Shown piece by piece: positions 57,755 through 64,000 of a stretch of 64,000 nt of DNA (position 1 is the stretch's first letter; every line of letters begins with the position of its first letter). This DNA comes from Octopus vulgaris. Taxonomy: Eukaryota. A program made the translations under genes and the position numbers. Under the pieces are notes generated by a model. The model was not told the DNA's origin, did not search any database, and was given only the letters and a program-made list of their open reading frames with translations. The DNA is taken from NCBI GenBank assembly GCA_951406725.2, contig OX597828.1:61442001-61506000 (forward strand), written 5' to 3'.

Positions 57755-58497
57755 TTTCGTCTTCTAATTGTTTTGCGTTCTTGTCCCAGTTTGTGTTTTT
57801 TTACATTTACCTATTATATGGCGGCGCCCGTAACCCCTTTTGATATTGTATGTAAAATACATTTTCTCTCTAATACATGGTACGACTCAATAACACTGTC
57901 TCTCTCTCTCCCCCTCTCCTACATTTCTCTGCCTTTCACACTGTGCACTCCACGTTTACCCGTCTCTTTCTCTCTTCCTCTGTCCCGCTTTTCTCCCCCC
58001 TCTTCTCACACGTGACTAACTTTGGACTGCTGTCCTGCCTTTTCGTGATCAACGGCCGTATAGGCTAGACACATTTTTTCTCTCTTCGCCTTCAGGCATT
58101 TTTTCAATGCGCCAGCTGAAGTTCACCCGTCCTGTCGAAAAGACGCCTGTCTGTAACGTCCTGTTTTTGTTATTATTATTATCATTATTGTTTTTACGTA
58201 TTTTCGTATTCTTATTCGTGTTATCATTATTCATTTTACGTATTTTTGTATTCTTATTCGTTCCCGTCCTTGTTTTGTATACATTCGAGGCTTTCTTCCA
58301 AGGAATCTAATGCGCTTGGCATAGATTTTCCTTTGGGGCTGGCCAGATCGGAGCAATCTCAAGATTAATCAGCCGAAATTGCGAAGATGATCCGGTTCTT
58401 GACTGAAGATCGAAGGCTTCGAATGTCCCGTCCGTTTTTTTGTATCGTCTTCAAAATGTTTTGCGTTCTTGTACCAGTTTGTGTTTCTTTACATTTA

Positions 58498-58498
<1 letters not shown>
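57755..58498. mobile_element. ~740 bp non-coding element with ~55 bp terminal direct repeats
   Basis: tcgtcttc-aa-tgttttgcgttcttgt-ccagtttgtgttt-tttacatttac at ~57757-57810 and ~58445-58498; flanked by microsatellites. Confidence 0.6.
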
Positions 58499-58538
<40 letters not shown>

Positions 58539-58539
58539 A

Positions 58540-59316
58540 TAAATTAAGAAAAGGAGTTAAATGCGGGTGTTATTCAAATCAATTAGACTTCCAACATATC
58601 TTTCGAAAACATCATTGAGATTATTCCGGAGGGAATAACAATGATGTAAACCAATGTAATCATCTCGCCAGAGAAACAGGAACAAAACACATCAATAAGC
58701 CATTTTAACTGAATGTGATTACCGCGTACATAAGAATATGATGTTACTTTTTTAAGCGTTATTTAAAAAAAACCTTTCATAGATTTAACGTCAAAGGTAA
58801 ATTAGAGAAAGAGAAGGAGGAGAAAGAAAGAAATGAACTGAAAATTAAGAGTGGAAAAATATAGTGTGATAGATGAATGGAAATAAAGTTTAAAAGCGTG
58901 GAAATAGATATATGTAGTGGAATGAAATGTAAGAAGATAGTTGAAGGTCAAATTTTATAGATTGGTGGAAATTACTTATAGGAACTACAAATATTGTAGT
59001 TCCTATAGGAACTACAAATATTTTTGACAACGTTTACAACAATAAACGCGTTCTTTAAACGTGTTTTCAAGAGTATTCTTCGAGAAAAGGCTGACAAGTA
59101 GCTCTTCGTTACAGAGCGGACAAAAATATTTACCTTTGTCATATGGGAAAGATCAAGATAGAATTTTCCATTCCAAACCGTATTGTTTATTATGTTCCTT
59201 TTGAGACCAAATTAATTAACTAAGCCCAGTATTGTTGTGTTTCTTAATATGTCTAACATGTAGAATAATGGTCAGATATTCTTTTCGACAACTGAGGGGA
59301 ATATATATGTATTTTC

Positions 59317-59320
<4 letters not shown>
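58540..59320 (-). mobile_element. Penelope-like element 3' end with decayed hammerhead (58589-58675)
   Basis: TGLS*LIWSQKEHNKQYGLEWKIL...PYDKGKYFCPLCNEE (PLE endonuclease C-terminus); ttct-CTGGCGA-...-GAAAG-atat-GTT-ggaa; (TA)n on both sides. Confidence 0.7.
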
Positions 59321-59408
<88 letters not shown>

Positions 59409-59411
59409 GTG

Positions 59412-59463
<52 letters not shown>

Positions 59464-59535
59464 TGAATGGATAAACGAAAGAAGGGCAGTCAATACATGT
59501 ATTAGGATTTACAAATATATATCAAAACAGTTTGA

Positions 59536-59602
59536 TTCAAATTCATTTTATACTCCGTGAGTTTCAAGCGTGATGTTAATCTTCAGCCATTTTGAATTTG
59601 AA
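59536..59602 (-). ncRNA. Decayed hammerhead motif, probably in an inverted 5' pseudo-LTR
   Basis: Minus strand CTGAAGA...GAAAC-tcacgga-GTA; distal stem ttcaaattca/tgaatttgaa; proximal stem I and stem II pair poorly. Confidence 0.4.
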
Positions 59603-60129
59603 TGAAAGAAGATGATTGTTATCACCGTAAGTTGGGCTGCGATTAGTCGAGGAAGGTCACGTTGTGTCGTGGTTTGATGTTGTTATAACCGTATATCAGT
59701 GCCGACAGTTAGTTGAGAAACTCAGCATAGTGAACAGGAAATAGACCATGTGGTGGGGAGGAAATCGACTGCATGGTGGACAGGAAATCTTTCAGGTTAT
59801 TGGAGTGGAGGTAGGAAGGGGCGGTATGCGCAAGTATATAGTTGTATATGTGGGTGTGTGGACGCACTCATGGTTTTGCATACATTTCTGTATTGATGCA
59901 AGCGCGTGCATTTACGCATGGGCGCGCACGCGCCTCCATGCATAGAGAAATATAAATGGACAAGCGAGCGCATATGCACACACACGCGCACGCACACACA
60001 CATACATACACGCGCACTCATACAAATAGACGTCCACGCGCGGACACTCACACACATGCACACACAAACACACACACATACTGACACTTGCGTATGTACG
60101 ATGCATGCATGCATGCACTCTTCTACGAG

Positions 60130-60674
60130 AACCCATCCACCACTACACCTTTGGATAAATTCGGCTTCAAATACCGAAAGCACACCCACCCACGCATGAA
60201 AGACCTTGAGAACTTCGAGACTAACCTATGGAATATTGTAAAGAAGCTAGTGTTTCCTGAAATCCCTAAATGACAATATGACTAGCATTAAACAATCGCC
60301 TAACATACACAGCCTCGCAGACTTAACGAAGAACATTTACGAAATAAACACTTCCATACACTCAAGACATCTTAAAATCGCCATCACCAAAACATACAGG
60401 AAAACCCGTAATTGCACATACATTGACATAAACACAGAAGCAAAGGAGCTAGCCACCCGCCTTAATATAGAGCAGCGTTTCTCAACCGGGTACCCCGGAA
60501 CCCTTGTGTTCCGCAAAAGGTTCCTAGGGTTCCACGAGAAAGAGTGAGATAAGCCAATGCTAATTTCATGACCGTAATATTACTATGCATGCACAATGTA
60601 TTATTGGTTATTGTAATATGGTAATATAGACATCATCCTATCTAACTTATTATGTTATCAAAAAAGTATAACAA

Positions 60675-60749
<75 letters not shown>

Positions 60750-62090
60750 TGATGTTTACCACGTGAACTACGATGAAAAAAATGAGAAAGATATGATATA
60801 TAATTTTTTTGTGCAGGGGTTCTTTGAGACATAATTTATCTTAAGAGTTACGCAAGAGTAAAAAGGTTCAGAAGCATTGACATAGAAGATCGCATGTACT
60901 ACCTCGTCCTCCCCCTAACACACACACACACACATTACACTTAAGGGCCATAAGCCAAACTTCCTTTTCAATCACAAATGTAGGCTGATCGACCCCTCTG
61001 AAAGTGACAGAGGTATCAGCAAACGAATTCTCGATACTATTAACTACAATATCAGAAGAGCTACAGGGTTGACTCAACGGAACTACAGCGCAGCCGTGAT
61101 CGACTGGTTTTGCGGTACCGAGAATAAATCAGCCTGCAGATTCACCCAGTTCTATTGTTTCATATCTAAACCCTCCTCCTGAAGGTCCTAACTTTTGCTG
61201 AGCAATACACAAGCATTAGTGATATTGATATCAGAATTATCATGAATGCCAGAAAGTCAATTCTGGTCCGAGACAATTCCTTCTGGGTGAAGAAAGAAGG
61301 CGATTCATTGTTTGATGTCCCTATGAGGATCTTTAACGGGGCTGAAATCCCCGACCTCGTCGGGTTATACATCTTAGATACCCTCAAGAGACATAACCAC
61401 CCACATAGGTCGGCCCTCCATAGGGACGACAGTTGGCTATCTCAAGGCATATGAACGGTCACGTCATGGACAGATACAGGAAGGACTCGATAAAAATATT
61501 TAAGGAGTTCGGCCTGTCCATAACGGCTACCATCAACCTGACTACAGGCGACTACTTGGACGTAACCTTAAACCTGTATACGGGGAAGTATTACCCTTAC
61601 AGGAAGCTTAACGCGGAAACAGTATACATCCACAAGAGTTCAAACCATCCCCACCCCGTTGTAATTAGAAACCTAGTTGCAGGGATTAGCAAACGTCTAT
61701 CTAATCTCTCGGCTAATAGAGAGATCTTTAACAGGGCTACCCCCACTACAACGCTGCTTTGACTAGGAGCAGGTTTACTAAGGAGCTCATTTATGTGGAC
61801 AACCACCATACACCCTCTCCTTACCTCAAAAAGATTAGGAAAAGGAATGTTATATGGCATAACCCCCTTTTCAACCTAGAAGTTTCCCCCAACGTAGCTA
61901 GGGGTTTCAACCCCCATAATGTGAAGGTGAGCGACTCCTGCTTAGACAATATTGCATCCAAAATCGCACTCACCAACAGACGTAAAATTGCACTTGCACC
62001 AGTCCCAACCCCAACCTGCGACTTCCGAAACTCTACCATGTGCTCTCTAGAAGGATTCTGCTTCTGAAGGTCTGTAGTGTACAGATCTGG
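60130..62090 (+). pseudogene. Penelope-like RT ORF, decayed
   Basis: ADLTKNIY, LFDVPMRIFNGAEIPDLVGLYIL, LHRDDS, DYLDVTLNL...YYPYRK, YIHKSSNHP, RKRNVIWHNP, CSLEGFC. Confidence 0.85.
60473..60879. mobile_element. hAT-type MITE inserted in the PLE
   Basis: TIRs cagcgtttctcaacc / ggttcagaagcattg; flanks atatagag / acatagaa (6 of 8 match). Confidence 0.7.
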
Positions 62091-64000
62091 GAAGTCCAGA
62101 TCGACCCCAGAACTTATTTTATGTAAGCCTAGTACTCATTCTATCGATCGCTGTTGCCGAACCTCTGGTTATTTTACATATTTCTGTTGAAAGCGATCAT
62201 TTGTAGAAGTTAATAACTGGACTATGTAGAAACTATGCTAGTAGATGTCTGAAGTGAAGATATAAACGGACGGAAGCATTTATATTCGGCACATTATTCT
62301 TTATGAACGGAAATATCTGAATGACTTAGGTAACTATGGTCAGTGGTAATCCAACCTAATCAGCCCTTCTTTATTCACATATCGTGTGCCCTCGACTATG
62401 TTCTCCAATGTGTCTTATTTTTAAAGGGAAACCTGTAATTTGGAATACTTGGCTGCTATCTATATCCGGTCGAATGAATGCATAGAATTCCTCTTATTAC
62501 TTCAGTTGAAGAGACGTTTAAGCATCAAGTGTGTGCAATTTAGCTGTGAGATTCAAAAAGATCTCAGATACCCTTTAAAAACGGTTTCATTGCCAACTTA
62601 TTAAGAGGTTTAGGTTCTAACTTAATTCTCATATTTTTCAGCTAAAGAGTTATTTAGGTATCAACTAAATAGTACTTGCAAAACAAGAAATTAGTTTACT
62701 TAGCATTTTTGTAAAATATTTGACATATTTTCGCTGGAGAATAAGTATTCATAGAAACGGTGACTTTAAATATATTACAGTTTAGATAAAGGAATTACAG
62801 TTCTCTAATTCATTAGAATGGCACAAAGAGTGATAAAAAATGGTTTTAGATTATTCCGATTTTCATCATAATTCAAAGTTTAAATGAATACTTGCAATTT
62901 TATTTATGTAAACTTACCAATATTCCAAAAATTTTCAAGAATCACAAGGTTAGTGGCTAAAGTGCCAAAACAACCGAGGAAAATTTCTGCATTTATTTTT
63001 TCGCACAACTTTTGAAGCAAGAGTCTCGTTCTTTACTGATTTCCAACGGGTCAATCATTAGTTTATAACATTTGTGAAGCTAAGACCGACAAAGTAGGAT
63101 CGGTATCTCAGTGTAAAACAACTATTGCGTAATTGGATTACCAGTTATCGCGACAGTGTTTGCATACATACGCGCGCGCATATATATATATATGTTTGTA
63201 AGTGAAAGTATGTGTGCGTGAGAGGCTTCTGCAAAATTTCCGTCTATAAATTTCCATTCATAAAGTATTGGTCAAGCCGAGATATGGAAGAAAATATCGC
63301 CCAAAGTTCTGCACAGTGTGATTCGGTCTTGAATAGTTTCAGCCACTAGCTTATAATCGATTGTTCAATCTAATTTGTTAGTCATATGAATACTAATAAG
63401 TTAACTGAGTTTGAGCAAATAGTTAAGTTTTCCACATCTAACACAACACAAGTTTTTGTTATCGTGAACTAACGTCTCTTCAAGACATATTATTTGTTCC
63501 AGTAAGAGAGAACGAATGATATCTAAATCATTTTTGATCAATCGTCTATATTTTTACTGAATGAGTATCCTGTATGAGCAGTCATATGTTGAAGATATTC
63601 CATCCATGACCATCTTGTCTTAGAAATAGATTATTGTATGTGTTTTTTTCTTGTTGAGAAATAGTCGATAAAACTGCCAAATATATATTTAGAATGAAAA
63701 ACGTTCTCCTGGCGTATTTTTCTGAGATGTAATTTGAGGACGATTTGGCTACTGCTTCTTGATGTATATTCCTTTAGGTATAACTAGAGGGAGATTTAGG
63801 TGTCATTTCTTTCATGTCGAGAGAACACGTTGGGTCATATGTGAGTATATCGGTGCTTACGATGTGGATACTTTGTTCAACTGTGAACTCGCTTATTTCC
63901 TACAAACATAAGTATATATGTAGATAAAAATTTAAAACGTTTATCTTAATTTGTCTTACATTTTGTTTATTTCAACCTCATCAAATAGTTGTTGGTCAAA

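Overview
AT-rich, microsatellite-dense eukaryotic DNA that looks intergenic or intronic. The SINE and microsatellite repertoire suggests a cephalopod (Octopus-like); this is inferred, not verified. I cannot support any host protein-coding gene, and most short ORFs are translations of simple repeats. The window is a mosaic of transposable elements: two Tc1 transposons, a Buster/Charlie-type hAT, Helitron and Helentron derivatives, Tx1/L1, R4/Dong and RTE LINE fragments, several tRNA-derived SINE families, palindromic MITEs and at least five Penelope-like element (PLE) remnants. The main hidden signal is a dispersed set of about 12 type-I hammerhead ribozyme (HHR) motifs (stem I-CUGAnGA-stem II-GAAAY-stem III-NUH). 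Eight have intact core nucleotides. Most have unusually long or branched stem II and short, often palindromic stem III, and they sit in PLE termini or short non-coding elements within or near (TA)n tracts. In one case an inverted duplication starts at the predicted self-cleavage site. All structures were read by eye and coordinates of decayed elements are approximate.
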